Position numbers and translations under genes: made by a program. From contig NC_042997.1 in assembly GCF_006345805.1 (NCBI RefSeq), positions 210,924,001-210,988,000 of the forward strand: DNA of 64,000 nucleotides, read 5' to 3'. The notes under the pieces are model-generated. The model saw only the letters and a list, made by a program, of their open reading frames with translations. It was not told where the DNA came from and made no database searches. Every line of letters begins with the position of its first letter. Within the stretch, counting starts at the first letter, position 1. This DNA comes from Octopus sinensis (taxonomy: Eukaryota). Below, in pieces: positions 25,650 through 38,470 of this stretch.

Positions 25650-26560
25650 CGAGTTAAGACCATAAGGGGGAAAAGAATGAAGAGAGAAAAATTAATTCTT
25701 GTTTCGGTAGAGGCGGGAGTTCGGGTAGCCTCAGTGCAAAGAGAATCCGAACACAGACAGATGTAGCGAATGACCGATTGAACGCGAGACCGGAATGTCG
25801 TTGTCTCGGAGATGTTCGGTAAACCGGTTGGCTAATCGGTGACCCCTTTGGCCAATGTACAGGGAAGGACAGAGAGAGCAGGAGATTCAGTTGATGACAT
25901 TGCCGGAGGTGCAAGTAAATGTGTCGGTGATGTGGTAGAGGTGGTGGTGGGTGCCGGTGAGGATAGTGGTGGTGGAGATTTGGGGAAAGATGTGATAGCG
26001 TGGGTGAGAGCAGGGGAAGGAGCCAGGCTGGCTGCCAGGAGTGGGGAAGAAACTGCGGACCAGAAGGTCACGTGGATTATATATATGGTTCAGTGGTTAG
26101 AGTGCCGGGTTCACAATCATGAGGTAGTGAATTCCATTCCTGGACCGGGCTGTGAACAAAATATTTTATTTCGCATTTCTTCAGTTCACTCAGCTGTAGA
26201 AACCTATTGGTAAGATCGATCGTAATCGATATATAATATTGGTCACGTCGGATAATATACTCACTCTATTGACAGATATACGAGTGCATTTTTTTCCTAG
26301 CTTGTGGACTCTTAGACGATTTACACACACACAGAGTTCAAATTTACAGACTACAAAAGACGAACACAGGTGAAGGAACAACAAGCAGATGTATTAGTTT
26401 GACGCTCGGGAAAAAGGGAAAAGTCTTTGACGTTTCGAGCCTACGTTCCTCGACAGAAAGGATTGAGAAGGAAAAATAGAGATGACGAAAATAACTGAGA
26501 GAGGGGAAAATGTGTAGGGGTTCAACATGATGAAATAGCCTGAAGAAAGAGGCTGCGTGA
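25650..26560 (-). mobile_element. Possible inverted Penelope segments (N-terminal ORF piece and terminal-repeat piece)
   Basis: The minus-strand S/P/T-rich ORF piece with TESPALSVL..KG resembles PLE LS..EL.VLSKG motifs. At about 26425-26460 the minus strand reads CTGTCGAGGAACGTAGGCTCGAAACGTC, a Penelope terminal-repeat-like motif. Weak evidence. Confidence 0.35.
26085..26200 (+). mobile_element. tRNA-derived SINE family E fragment
   Basis: A-box TGGTTCAGTGG, B-box-like GAATTCCATTCC and CAGTTCACTCAGCTGTAGA shared with 29744. Confidence 0.7.
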
Positions 26561-26958
26561 AAGGGAGATAATAATAGTGACCCGGCCGATCTAGGGTGCG
26601 CAAACGCGTGTGTGTATGTGAGAATGATGTGTGTGAGTGTGTATAAGTAACCTAGTGCGTATATTTTGTAAAGTGATGTGCGTTTCATATGCAGGTGTGT
26701 ATGAGTGTGCGTATGAACATGTATACATATGTGTGGGGTTATCATGTGTGTATGTATGTGTGTGTGTGTGTGCAAACGCATGGGCCTGTGCACTTATATG
26801 ATAGCGTTTGTGTATGTGTAACAAGTAAGCTAGTATGTGTGTGGAGTGACGTGCGTTTTGTGTATTTGTGCGCAGGTACGTGTGTGCATGTGGACGTGTT
26901 CATGTGTGTGTGCGCGCGTGCAAACGCTTGTGTGTTTGTTCCGGTGGTGTGTGCAGTG

Positions 26959-27603
26959 CGTGTGTATGCGTGTATGTGTGTGCGTGTGTATGCGTGTATG
27001 TGTGTGCGTGTGTATGCGTGTATCTGTGTGCGTGTGTATGCGTGTATGTGTGTGCGTGTGTATGCGTGTATGTGTGTGCGTGTGTATGCGTGTATGTGTG
27101 TGCGTGTGTATGCGTGTATCTGTGTGCGTGTGTATGCGTGTATCTGTGTGCGTGTGTATGCGTGTATGTGTGTGCGTGTGTATGCGTGTATCTGTGTGCG
27201 TGTGTATGCGTGTATGTGTGCGTGTGTATGCGTGTATGTGTGTGCGTGTGTATGCGTGTATGTGTGTGCGTGTGTATGCGTGTATCTGTGTGCGTGTGTA
27301 TGCGTGTATCTGTGTGCGTGTGTAGCGTGTATGTGTGTGCGTGTGTATGCGTGTACTGTGTGTGCGTGTGTATGCGTGTATCTGTGTGCGTGTGTATGCG
27401 TGTATGTGTGCGTGTGTATGCGTGTATGTGTGCGTGTGTATGCGTGTATGTGTGGCGTGTGTATGCGTGTATGTGTGTGCGTGTGTATGCGTGTATCTGT
27501 GTGCGTGTGTATGCGTGTATGTGTGTGCGTGTGTATGCGTGTATGTGTGTGCGTGTGTATGCGTGTATGTGTGTGCGTGTGTATGCGTGTATGTGTGTGC
27601 GTG
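26959..27603. repeat. 24-bp minisatellite (CGTGTGTATGCGTGTATGTGTGTG)n, about 27 units
   Basis: Unit read directly; the translation period RVYACMCV is 8 codons. Confidence 0.92.
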
Positions 27604-28467
27604 TGGACCTGTAGTGTACGTATATATTGTGTATGTTTGTGTGCAAAAGCTGTATCTGTTTATGAGTGTTGCGTGTGTGTGTATATTGTCTGTGTTCAGG
27701 CGTTAACGGTTTATAATATACGCACACACTCAGGCACACAATATATATACAATATATATACAATATATATACAATATATATACATATATATACATATATA
27801 TACATATATATATATATATATACATATATACATATATATACATATATATATATATGCATACATCTTACAAACCGTTACATAATGTGTTTTGGTAGCTGAG
27901 AAAGGTGTAGGCGGATCGTTTCTTGCATCCTTACCTGTGGCTAATTATCCAACTGTGTAGGTTGGTCACTGTTGATGTTGGGAAGATGCAAGAACATCAC
28001 AAGACATTTCTGCTGCTCATTATCCCAACTCCTCCTCCTCCTACTCCTACTCCTCCTACTCCTTATAAAAACCATCTCAAAAAACGCATCGGCTCCGTCG
28101 CCACGTTCTTCATAATAAACCACTGTTTTACGTGGAATTGTTGTGAAGACGGCTTGGTTTGGTGCTCACTATTGTCAGTTCGATTCCTGGCGGCGTGTTG
28201 TATCTTTGAGCAAGACACTTTATTTCACGTTGCTCCATGGTGAGTGGGGAGGTTTATGGTGAGTGGCGTGGATGGAAATTTTCAAAATGTCTTTTTAATT
28301 AATTGTAGCAGCGTAAAATTCAAAACTGAATTCATAATAACCTCAAGACATTGTGCGTCTCGTTTCCTCAAGCCTTGGGGCCCTTAAATCCTCCATTGGG
28401 GGAGGTGTTGGGACGCCTACATGACATACGTCGTGTCTTTAGGATTTTTAAAACTGGTGAAAGACAA

Positions 28468-28855
28468 CGAGCTGGCAGAATCGTTAACACGCCGGGTGAA
28501 ATGCATAGCAGTATTTCGTCTGCCGCTACGTTCTGAGTTCAAATTCCGCCGAGGTCGACTTTGCCTTTCATCCTTTCGGAGTCGATTAAATAAGTACCAG
28601 TTACGCACTGGGGTCGATATAATCGACTTAATCCGTTTGTCTGTCCCTGTTTGTCCTCTGTGTTTAGCCCCTTGTGGGTAGTAAAGTAATAGGTATTTCG
28701 TCTGTCTTTATGTTCTGAGTTCAAATTCCGCTGAGGCCGACTTTGCCTTTCATCCTTTCGGGGGTCGATTAAATAAGTGCCAATTGCATACTGGGGTCGA
28801 TCTAATTGACTGACCCCCTCCCCAAAAATTTCGCGCCTTGTGCCTAGAACAGAAA
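28468..28855 (+). mobile_element. SINE family B, dimeric form
   Basis: Head plus body, then a restart at GTATTTCGTCTG (about 28693). Confidence 0.85.
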
Positions 28856-29743
28856 ATATTTTTAGAACTGGGGAGTGGGGGCAATCTCTCCTGAGACTGA
28901 CAACAGCTGATATGGACGAGAAAGAGAGACAGACGGGCAAAAGAAAGAGACAAAAATATCCCTCAGTACACAACTGGTATTTTAATTATCGACCCTAAAA
29001 TGATGAAAGACAAAACTGACGTCGGCGATATTTGAACTCACAGCAGAGAGAGTCAAAACAAATGCAATTTCCTTTCGACTCTGCCATTATTTCGACGACT
29101 TTCTCTGCTGCATTCCATATATGTAGTGGTAGTTCATATAGCGGTTCCACATGTAACAGTACCGCATACATGTAGTAGCGTAACCTACATATAGCGACCG
29201 CACATGTAGTAATGCCATGCGTAGTTGTAACACATGTTGCAGTGTAACATACACAAACCAGCGTCACAGTAATATCACATACATGTGCTACTGTCACACA
29301 TATGTGGTAATGTTATATACATGGAGCAGTTTTACATGCATGTAGCATCGCCACATGCGTGCATAATTCTGTCAGCCCCACCCCTTGGCCAAAAGTCCCT
29401 TGTGTGCAGCATAAAGCCATCTTTCTCTTTTTCCTATTCTCCTTCGAAAGAGCTTTTTAATCTTTCAACTTTACGTAAACATTCTTCCATGGAATTTTGT
29501 AGAAAAACGATTTCAATGGCGTAACTCGCAATTGCGCTGATAAAATTTGGAGAAAAGTTTTTTGGTTTTTTTGTTGGAGGTTTGGTTCGGTGTTTCTCCA
29601 CCCCCACCCCCACCCCCATCCAAACTCTGTTACCATCAACTACCATAACTCATACAATTTTCCACCAACCCCGCCCGACCCCGATTTCTGTCTGAAAACG
29701 TATTTCTGCAAAATGTCAAAAAGATACGCATTTTAAAGAGAAA

Positions 29744-29905
29744 GGCGCATGGCTCAGTGGTTAGTGCGTCGGCCTCACAATCACGAGGTAGTGAGTTCCA
29801 TTCCCCGACCGGGTTGTGTTCTTGAGCACACATTTTATTTCTTGTTGCTCCAGTTCACTCAGCTGTAGATATGAGATGAGATGTCAATGGTGCCGAGCTG
29901 TATCG
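29744..29905 (+). mobile_element. tRNA-derived SINE family E (partial)
   Basis: GGCGCATGGCTCAGTGGTTAG head and a B-box-like GAGTTCCATTCCC. Confidence 0.75.
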
Positions 29906-29909
29906 GGCC

Positions 29910-31106
29910 CCTTTACCTTTCCTGGATGATGGTGATGCCGTTGACATCGTTTTATTGGACTTTGCCAAAGCTTTTGACTCGGTTAACCACCGCCTATTAC
30001 TTGTCAACCTTCAAGCATATAGTTTCCATCCAGATATTGTACGATGGGTTGGTGCCTTCCTCTCAGATCGCTCCTTCCAAGTCCAAGTTAATGGTTCACT
30101 GTCCAACATCTCCAGTGCGAGCAGTGGCGTGCCTCAAGGTTCAGTGCTTGGGCCGTTATTGTTTTTTGTCTTCATCAATGACTTTCCCGACGACCTCACG
30201 CAACACACCCTTCTATTTGCCGACGATGTCAAACTGGTCGCTCCTCGCAGTGATACAAATGATCTTCGTCGATGCCTCCACTAAGTTTGGAGATGGCCAA
30301 ACGAATGGTACCTGTGTCTGAACGTGTCAAAGTGCTGTCATCTGCCTGTTGGCGCCTCTCCTGCAACTCAACTTGATTTCGAGCCGAGTCGTCTACTGCT
30401 GGAGAAAACCGACCAAGTAAAGGACCTCGGTATCTTGGTGGATTCTTCCTTTTCGCCTTTGGCCCAATGCGTCCATGCTGCCAACAAAGCACGCGGAGTT
30501 CTGTTTTTGATTCGACGGTCATTCGGAATGCTCACAGCAGCCATATTCCTACCGCTCTATGTCACACTGGTGAGACCCATATTGGAGTACGGGATTCAAG
30601 CCTCTTCTCCTTATCTTCTCAAAGACATACATCATCTCGAAAGAGTCCAGAAGCTGGCTACCCGCATGGTTCTTGGTCTCAAGCATTTGTCTTATGAAGA
30701 AAGGTTGAAGACGCTCGACCTTTATTCTCTAGAAAAACGACGACGCCGTGGTGATCTCATTCTTGCTCACAACATCATAAGCGGAAAGGGTAACCGCTCG
30801 AAAGAGCTGTTCTTCACTCCTGCTCCAGAGCGTCGGCTGAGGGGTCACTCCGAAAAGCTCTATCTACGACGATTTAATCTCAATCGAAGGAGAGGGGCTT
30901 TCTCCGTCCGGGTTGCAGATCCGTGGAATAAGCTGCCGGACGAGATAGTGAAGATGCCGACGACCGCTCGGTTCAAAGTCTCTCTTGACCAGAAATGGCC
31001 TGAACTCTTTGTATGACCACCCTCCCTATACATAACTCCCTGTCCCCCTACATGGCCTTGGTTTTGCTTTTTGAGCCAATAAAAATTGAATTGAATTGAA
31101 TTGAAT
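29910..31106 (+). mobile_element. 5'-truncated CR1-group LINE (RT domain to 3' end)
   Basis: Motifs DIVLLDFAKAFDSVNH, SGVPQGSVLGPLLF, FADDVKL, KDLGILVD, VRPILEYG, LEKRRRRGDL and FSVRVADPWNKLP in one frame, with a single TAA at 30282-30284. The 3' end is an (AATTG)n tail. Confidence 0.9.
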
Positions 31107-31317
31107 TTCCCCGGGATCAAGCTCCATGAGCGACTGCTGGTCTTCCATAAACAACATTATCCGGACTTCTGCCTCGGATAGTAACTTTCTAGGTGCAACA
31201 CCATGGGCATTCATGACCGAAGGGTGGTTTTTACCCTTTTTACGTGGAAACAAAGTCGCGAAGAACGGGTGATTAGACCCTGTTCCTTCAAAATTCTTTT
31301 AATATCATCAAAATAAT

Positions 31318-31486
<169 letters not shown>

Positions 31487-31894
31487 ACCACATTGTTCAG
31501 TTACTACTAAAAGTAGATAGGATGTTTATTTACACACTCTCGAATTTCCCAGTGAAGGAATCATCCTCCCAGCCCTTACGCTAGACCCCTCTCAGCCACC
31601 CTCAGCCTCCTCTTCACCAACAAGACAGCTATTTGAAAAATGAACCAAGCGGTCTGAATGGCCGTGGGAATAACACTCCGGTGCCCATATATGGCTAATC
31701 TACCCCCGCCCCACACTAACCCGCCTTGCTCTTAACAAACCTGAACCCCATCCAGCAGTCCCCACACCCATCCCACGGACAATCTTCCCCAATAGGTAAG
31801 AACAGCATGTCGAAGAGGACGAACATTAGCTCTCCATTCTGGAAGGTCTTAGAAAGGGTTCCAAATAAATAACGACAAAGTCCATTCCACCAAC

Positions 31895-32283
31895 TCTTTC
31901 TTTTCACTCCGTCGGTTGCGACGACGAGGGTCCCAGCTGATCCGATCAACGGAACAGCTTGCTCGTGAAATTAACGTGCAAGTGGCTGAGCACTCCACAG
32001 ACACGTGTACCCTTGACGCAGTTCTCGAGGAGATTCAGCGTGACACACAGAATGTGACAAGGCTGGCCCTTTGAAATACAGGTACAACAGAAACAGGAAG
32101 TAAGAGTGAGAGAAAGTTGTGGTGAAAGAGTACAGCAGGGATCACCACCATCCCCTGCCGGAGCCTCGTGGAGCTTTAGGTGTTTTCGCTCAATAAACAC
32201 TCACAACGCCCGGTCTGGGAATCGAAACTGCGATCCTCTGACCGCGAGTCCGCTGCCCTAACCACTGGGCCATTGCGCCTCCA
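31895..32283 (-). mobile_element. tRNA-derived SINE family C
   Basis: Family homology; 12-bp TSD CATTCCACCAAC at 31883-31894 and 32284-32295. Confidence 0.9.
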
Positions 32284-32289
32284 CATTCC

Positions 32290-32900
32290 ACCAACACAGT
32301 CAACTACGAGGACGAAGACAAACACAAAAGCAAGAGAAACGATCAGAGAGAGAAGAGAGACGATGGCAAGGGCGCCATTGTTGCCTCTGCGACTGCAAGA
32401 AATGGTCAAAGAGAACGATAGCTTGCAACAGTGCCACTCGCCGTCCAAGAATTTGGGCCTGGAGATCTCCATTTCCAGCGACTTCGAAGGCCACCTCCCA
32501 GTGGTGTCGGGCGTCAACAAGGCGGCGAGCTGGCAGAAACGTTAGCACGTCGGGCGAAATGCTTAGCGGTATTTCGTCTGCCGTTACGTTGTGAGTTCAA
32601 ATTCCGCCGAGGTCGACTTTACCTTTCATCCTTTCGGGGTCGATAAATTAAGTACCAGTTACGCACTGGGGTCGATGTAATCGACTTAATACCTATGTCT
32701 GTCCTTGTTTGTCCCTTCTATGTTTAGCCCCTTGTGGGTAATAAAGAAATGGGTGTCGGACGTCAACGAAGAGCCCTCCACTACAACAAGACGACCAAAG
32801 TTTTTTTTCCCAAGGTCTGGGGTCTCCCGCCCCTAAGCCCTAGACCATCACCTAATCACCCTTACCCGTCTTGTTGCTTAACAACAACAACAACAACCAG
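32290..32900 (+). mobile_element. Unclassified interspersed repeat D with (CAA)n tail, split by a SINE B insertion
   Basis: 32440-32518 plus 32752-32895 match 42790-43005 in reverse; the element ends in AACAACAACAAC. The 5' boundary is uncertain. Confidence 0.7.
32519..32751 (+). mobile_element. SINE family B nested in repeat D
   Basis: 16-bp TSD GGTGTCGG(G/A)CGTCAAC at 32503-32518 and 32752-32767. Confidence 0.9.
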
Positions 32901-33299
32901 CGAGAGTGCTACTACCACCGCCAGCAATACAAGCAAATGATAATAATACTAATGAGAGCACCCCCGGGTATGGCATGAAACTGGATCCGGTTGTGGCGTC
33001 AAGACGTCGGAAGAACAGGGTTACCCTTAACCACAACTATTTTCAGGTCATCTTTGGGCAAAGTGTACTACCTATAAGCCTATCCCGAGACCTAGAAATA
33101 CTATGTTGGCGGGGTTAAGTCTGTCTCATAGGAGGAAGAGTCCCTTCAGCCTTGGTCGGCAACTCCTCTATGGAAGGTGACTCAATAAAAACACCGATGA
33201 TTGTTCCATCTCAATACCAAAATTCTTAAGAGTGAAAACGTCAAATACGAAGATATAAAACAGTGGAATGAATGAGATGGCACTAAAAACAGTGTAGAT

Positions 33300-35945
33300 G
33301 AGGGTAGGTGTGGACTCTCGGGGCCTTGCCTAGCAACCCACCTTGTGATGGTGCCACGATAAAAATACTGGTGATTGCACAACCTTACGAATGCTACTTG
33401 TAAATGAGTGATGTGAAAATTAGATAATAAACTCAACTGCACAAACAGGACTGGAAATGGTGACAAGGAAGGTGTCGCTCACGACAGGCAGGGAGCATCG
33501 GATCGAGGTCCGGCAGGTGGTCATCAAGATTTTGGTCGGGACCAAAACCACAGCCAAAAGAGTAAAAGAAGGAAACAAAAACAGTAGTAGAATGCTGGCT
33601 GAGAAGTGAGTCGAATAAAAGAGGCTTCGTGAATGGAATGAAGAGAATGTGGGATGAAAAGGGGGGGGGGTGAAGCATCTACCTAGTGACTGAAAGACCA
33701 AGCTGGAGCAATCTGTAGGAACGACTGGATTACGGGAATAGAGATTGAAGAAATTCAGAGAAACATGATAAAAGAAAAATGAGCAGAAGGAGAGGGAAAC
33801 AGCAGAAGCAGAAAACGGTAAGGAAGGGGTGAGAGATGAGGAACAGGAAAGAGATGGAAACCACAGAGCACCGGAGGATAATTGATAAAGTAACTAACGA
33901 AGATGATCTAGATGGACAGGTGAGAGGAAGAAGTGCACAAGACTTGAATGATGAAGAGGAGGAGATTTTAGAAATGTTGCGGGGTAAAATGACTGATGGG
34001 AAGAATGAAGTGCCACCAAATGTAAGATATGTGGACAGAAAACAGGTGAGGAAAACCACAGACAAAGTAAAAGACGGTTTAAGCTTGAGCAAATTGGAAA
34101 GGACCAGGTTTGGATGGGGTACGAGGCTGTTGGCTGAAGAACTTTACAGAGTTGCATGAAAGGATCGCTGTGTAACTGGATGACTGCCGGCAGCAAAGTC
34201 ACATCCCTGACTGGATGACAAGTGTTACTATGCCTCAAGGATTCCTTGAAAGGGAACTTGGCATCAAATTTTCAACCTGCAACCTATTTACCATTAATGT
34301 GGAAGCTTCTGACCGGTGTCTCAATGGAAGAGTTATACAACCATCTGGAAAGTAAGAATCTACTTCCAGAAGAACAGAAAGGAGACAGGAAACAAAGTAG
34401 GGGAACAAAAGACTACTTATTAGTTGATAAAAGGAAAATTAGAAAGTGTAGACGCAGATTGGGGGGACTGAATGAAGCATGGCTAGATTACAAAAAGAAG
34501 CATATGACACGGTACCAGACAGTTGGATAAGTAAAACAATGAACAAGTTTGGAATAGGAAAAAAACTTAATGCTTAATGAAAGTATGAAACATCGGAATA
34601 CTGAATTGATTGGAGGAAAACAAAAACTCGGAAGAGCGGACATCAAATGTGGAATATTCCAAGGTGATAGCTTATTTCCATTACTATTTGTATTGGCCAT
34701 AATACCTCTCACTATGATACTACGGAAAGTTAAAATTGCTTATGATTTGGAGAAAGGAAATGGTCAGATAAATCATCTCCTTTTCATGGATGATATAAAG
34801 GTTTATGCGAAAAATGAAAAACAGCTTGAAAGTCTTGTACATACCATCCGGATTTTCTCGAATGACACAGATATGGAATTTGGGTTAGAAAAGTGTGCTA
34901 TAATGAAATGAGGAAGATTTGAAAGAAGCCAGGGTGTTGAAATGGCAAATGGTCAAACAATGAGAGCAGTTGAGAAAGGATAGTGGTGTAAGTTCTTGGG
35001 AATACTGGAAGCAGAGGAGATAAAAAAAAATGAAGAAATGAAACAAATTACCAGTAGAGAGTAGACAAGGAATGTCAGGAAATTATTGCAGTCAAAGCTG
35101 AATTCCAAAAATCTCATTGAAGCAATAAATTCAAGAGCAGTACTCTTAATCACATATGGAGTTGGAATTACAGACTGGACCAGAAATGATGTAAAGAAAC
35201 TTGACAGAAAAACTAGGAAGTCATTGATGATGTATGGAACCCACCATCTGAAAGCGACACCGATGTACCTGACACCAGCCAGTCTCCGCTTTCATCTTCT
35301 CCACCAGACGCCTGTCTGCATCATTGCTGTGTGAACACTACACGACCAAAAGACCAACGGCTGCCTCTACACACCACCAACAGCACATCAACCATGTCTA
35401 CGACATAACGGTCCAGCCTAACCATGAAGTTCTCTCACACATCTTTGTTGTCACGTGTTACGTCAATTCCCGTTCGGCAATCATCGTATTTGATGGCGGA
35501 GAATAAGACGTCGCTTACCAGTTCAGTTTCAATCTCAACTTATACACATCCAGCGTTTCAGCATTTTCCTTATTCACCATCTTCGTTATAATCGAAAAGA
35601 AAGAGAGCGAAAAAAAAATACATTCCCTTAAAATTTGAAATAGGAAGAATTTGGAGCATGAGAACTGTCGAGGTCGTGCCTAAAATAATCGAGGTGTTGG
35701 GAACAGTGAGCCAAGATATAGGTAAATGGCTGGAGGAGATTGGAATAGAATGGTTGGTAGAGCTCCAACAGAAAGTTTGTCTTTTAGAGACAACAAAGAG
35801 TATCAGGAGAGTTCTAAGCTTTCGAAAGACTGTCGAAAACGTGTGAATACCTGAGATTACAGGTAGCAACTCGCTACCCACAAAAATCCTACCAGGAATA
35901 AAACCAAACCTGAGCTTTGTTTCCAGAATAATAATAATTATTATT
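33300..35945 (+). mobile_element. Decayed R4/Dong-type LINE of a different subfamily
   Basis: Motifs PLMWKLLTG..LLPEEQKG..SRGTKD, IKCGIFQGDSLFPLLF, HLLFMDDIKVYAK, FGLEKC, RKTRKSL..HH and a C-terminal VVP.I..LGTV. Followed by (TAA)n at about 35929; an unrelated segment lies at about 35280-35560. The 5' boundary is approximate. Confidence 0.75.
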
Positions 35946-35954
35946 ATTATTTCA

Positions 35955-36122
35955 AATTTTTGCCACAAGGACAGCTTGAGGGAAATGGGGTCGAATCGAT
36001 TGCATTGACCCTTGTGTTCAACTGGAATTTGTTTAATCGATCCCGAAAGGATGAAAGGCAGGCGAAATGCCACGAAGCATTTTACTCGGCGCGATTATCA
36101 ATTCTGCCAGCTCTCCGCCTTT
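35955..36122 (-). mobile_element. Diverged SINE B-related copy
   Basis: CCCGAAAGGATGAAAGGC and CTGCCAGCTCTCCGCC are shared with family B. Confidence 0.65.
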
Positions 36123-36160
36123 AAAGAAAATAATCGATATTTATTCGAAAGATAACTGAT

Positions 36161-36224
<64 letters not shown>

Positions 36225-36864
36225 TTTTGAATTAGCGGTTACTCTTATTCTTTTAGTTGCTTCGGTCACTAGACTGTGGCCATGCTGGAGCACTGCTCCA
36301 AAGAATTTAGTCGAACAAATCAACCTATCATTTTAAAAGTCAGATGCTTATTGGTGAACAGCTAAATTGCTGGGACATAAACAAACCAATGCAAGATGTC
36401 AATTTGTAAGATGAAGAAAGAGATGTGAAAGCCACCCCCACCCGAAACCACACACACACACACACACACATATTAACACACCCCTTTTTGTTGCTGTACT
36501 CCACACTCAGATTGTAAACAGGAAGGGGCTGTAGGCAAGGGACGTAACTCTCACTAAATCCCACGTATATTTGTCTTCCTCCTCCCCGACATCGTTTCAC
36601 CTTTTACCTTGAAACTGGATGTGACACTTCCCTCACCTCCTGCAACAAAAAGCTGTCACCATTTTTCAACACCCGTGATCTCTAATGAACACACTTATTA
36701 GATAACCAGCCAATGATCTAATATCCGGTGCGAAACTGATGGGTAAAATCGCCTGTAATGGATCTATAACACTGTCGTCCAATGTGGCATCCATTTAAGA
36801 ACGGTTCACTAAACGAACGAATTGAATAACGAACGGTTTTTTCTAAACAAGATTATACTTGCAA

Positions 36865-37169
36865 ACTGAACTGAAATTTAGATCAACAAACTCCGAGCAG
36901 AGTGGAAGCCCGTTCGCCCATCAAGTTGAAATTTGAATAACAGACCTCGTGAATACAGTTCTATATTTTAGAGATGAGGAATTATATACATTATTTACAT
37001 TTGACGGATATTTGTTCTCATCTTGTTTGTTGTTAACACAACATTTCGGCTGATATACTCTCCAGCCTTCATCAGGTGTCTTGGCGAAATTTCGAAACTA
37101 TGGCGTAGTGGTTAAGAGCGCGAGCTACTAACCCCAAGATTCCGAGTTTGATTTCAGGCAGTGACCGGA

Positions 37170-37229
<60 letters not shown>

Positions 37230-37464
37230 TAATAATAATAACATCAAAAAATACCTTAGGAATGAGAACCTAGGTTCAAAATTCCCCCAAGACACCTGAT
37301 GAAGGCTGGAGAGTATATCACCCGAAATGTTGTTAACAATGTACATAATTCCTCATCTCTTAAATATAGAACTGTATTCACGAGGTCTGTTATTCAAATT
37401 TTAACTTGATGGGCGAACGGGCTTCTCTCTGCTCGGAGTTTGTTGATCTAAATTTCAGTTCAGT
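36865..37464. repeat. 600-bp imperfect palindrome (long inverted repeat)
   Basis: 36865-36992 is the reverse complement of about 37338-37464, and about 37027-37097 is the reverse complement of about 37274-37339. Confidence 0.92.
37100..37345 (+). mobile_element. tRNA-derived SINE family F with internal (TAA)n and a Penelope-like 3' part
   Basis: tRNA-like head TGGCGTAGTGGTTAAGAGCG...GAGTTTGATTTC, then (TAA)n, then CTGATGAAGGCTGG...CCGAAATGTTG. Confidence 0.7.
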
Positions 37465-37768
37465 AAGACCTGGAGAAGTCTGCGCATACGTATAAGTTCT
37501 GGGAGAGCATAGGTGAAAGGTGTAGCTACATAAAATAAAGCTTTTAACGAACAGTTTTTCTAACGAAAATTATATTTAACCCACAATCTGAACTTTGGAG
37601 AACAAACCAGGAGCAAATTACGCACACATATAAATGGTTGGAAGAGAGTCTAGAAACGACGGTTCTTTAACACCCACGAAAACGTTTCCTATCGTTTGCA
37701 AATTTTCATATTTTATATTGAAATAATATTGGAATAATGTTTCTTATGTTTTTGGCAGAAGATTTAAA

Positions 37769-37935
37769 CAGAAGTGGCTGTGTGGTAAGTAGCTTGCTTA
37801 CGAACCACATGGTTCCAGGTTCAGTCCCACTGCGTGGCACCTTGGGCAAGTGTCTTCTACTATAGCCTCGGGCTGACCAAAGCCTTGTGAGTGGATTTGG
37901 TAGACGGAAACTGAAAGAAGCCCGTCGTATATATG

Positions 37936-37966
<31 letters not shown>

Positions 37967-38152
37967 ATAAGTTTGTGTGCCTGTGTTTGTCTCCCCGATG
38001 GTGGTGTGTTTACGTCCCGGTAACCTAGCGGTTCGGCAAAAGAGACCGATAGAATAAGTACTAGGCTTCCAAAGAATAAGTCCTGGGGTCGATTTCCTCG
38101 ACTAAAGGCGGTGCTCCATCAGGGCCACAGTCAAATGACTGAAACAAGTATA
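37769..38152 (+). mobile_element. SINE family A
   Basis: Family homology. Confidence 0.88.
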
Positions 38153-38339
38153 AAAAAACATAGATCGACAGAAGCAAAACAAAGGAGGAAACGCTCGCAC
38201 GCGCACACAAACTCGCGCATGCGCGCACACAGACAAACATGTATTTGCTATTGTTGGATAGGTCAATAAACAATATCTCATGCCTTTATGTGAATGACGG
38301 GCTTCCGCATAGTTTCCTTGTATCAAACACATTGGCTGG

Positions 38340-38450
38340 CCCGGGGTCACAGTAGATGACATTTGCCCAAGGTGCCGCGGAGTGGGACTGAACCCAGACC
38401 CATTTGGTTGAGAAACAAGTTTCTTACCACACAGCCACTCCTGCGCCTAT
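38340..38450 (-). mobile_element. SINE family A, 5' portion
   Basis: Reverse complement of the family A head (ACCACACAGCCACTCCTGCGCC). Confidence 0.75.
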
Positions 38451-38470
38451 AATATTTACATCTCCATTAG

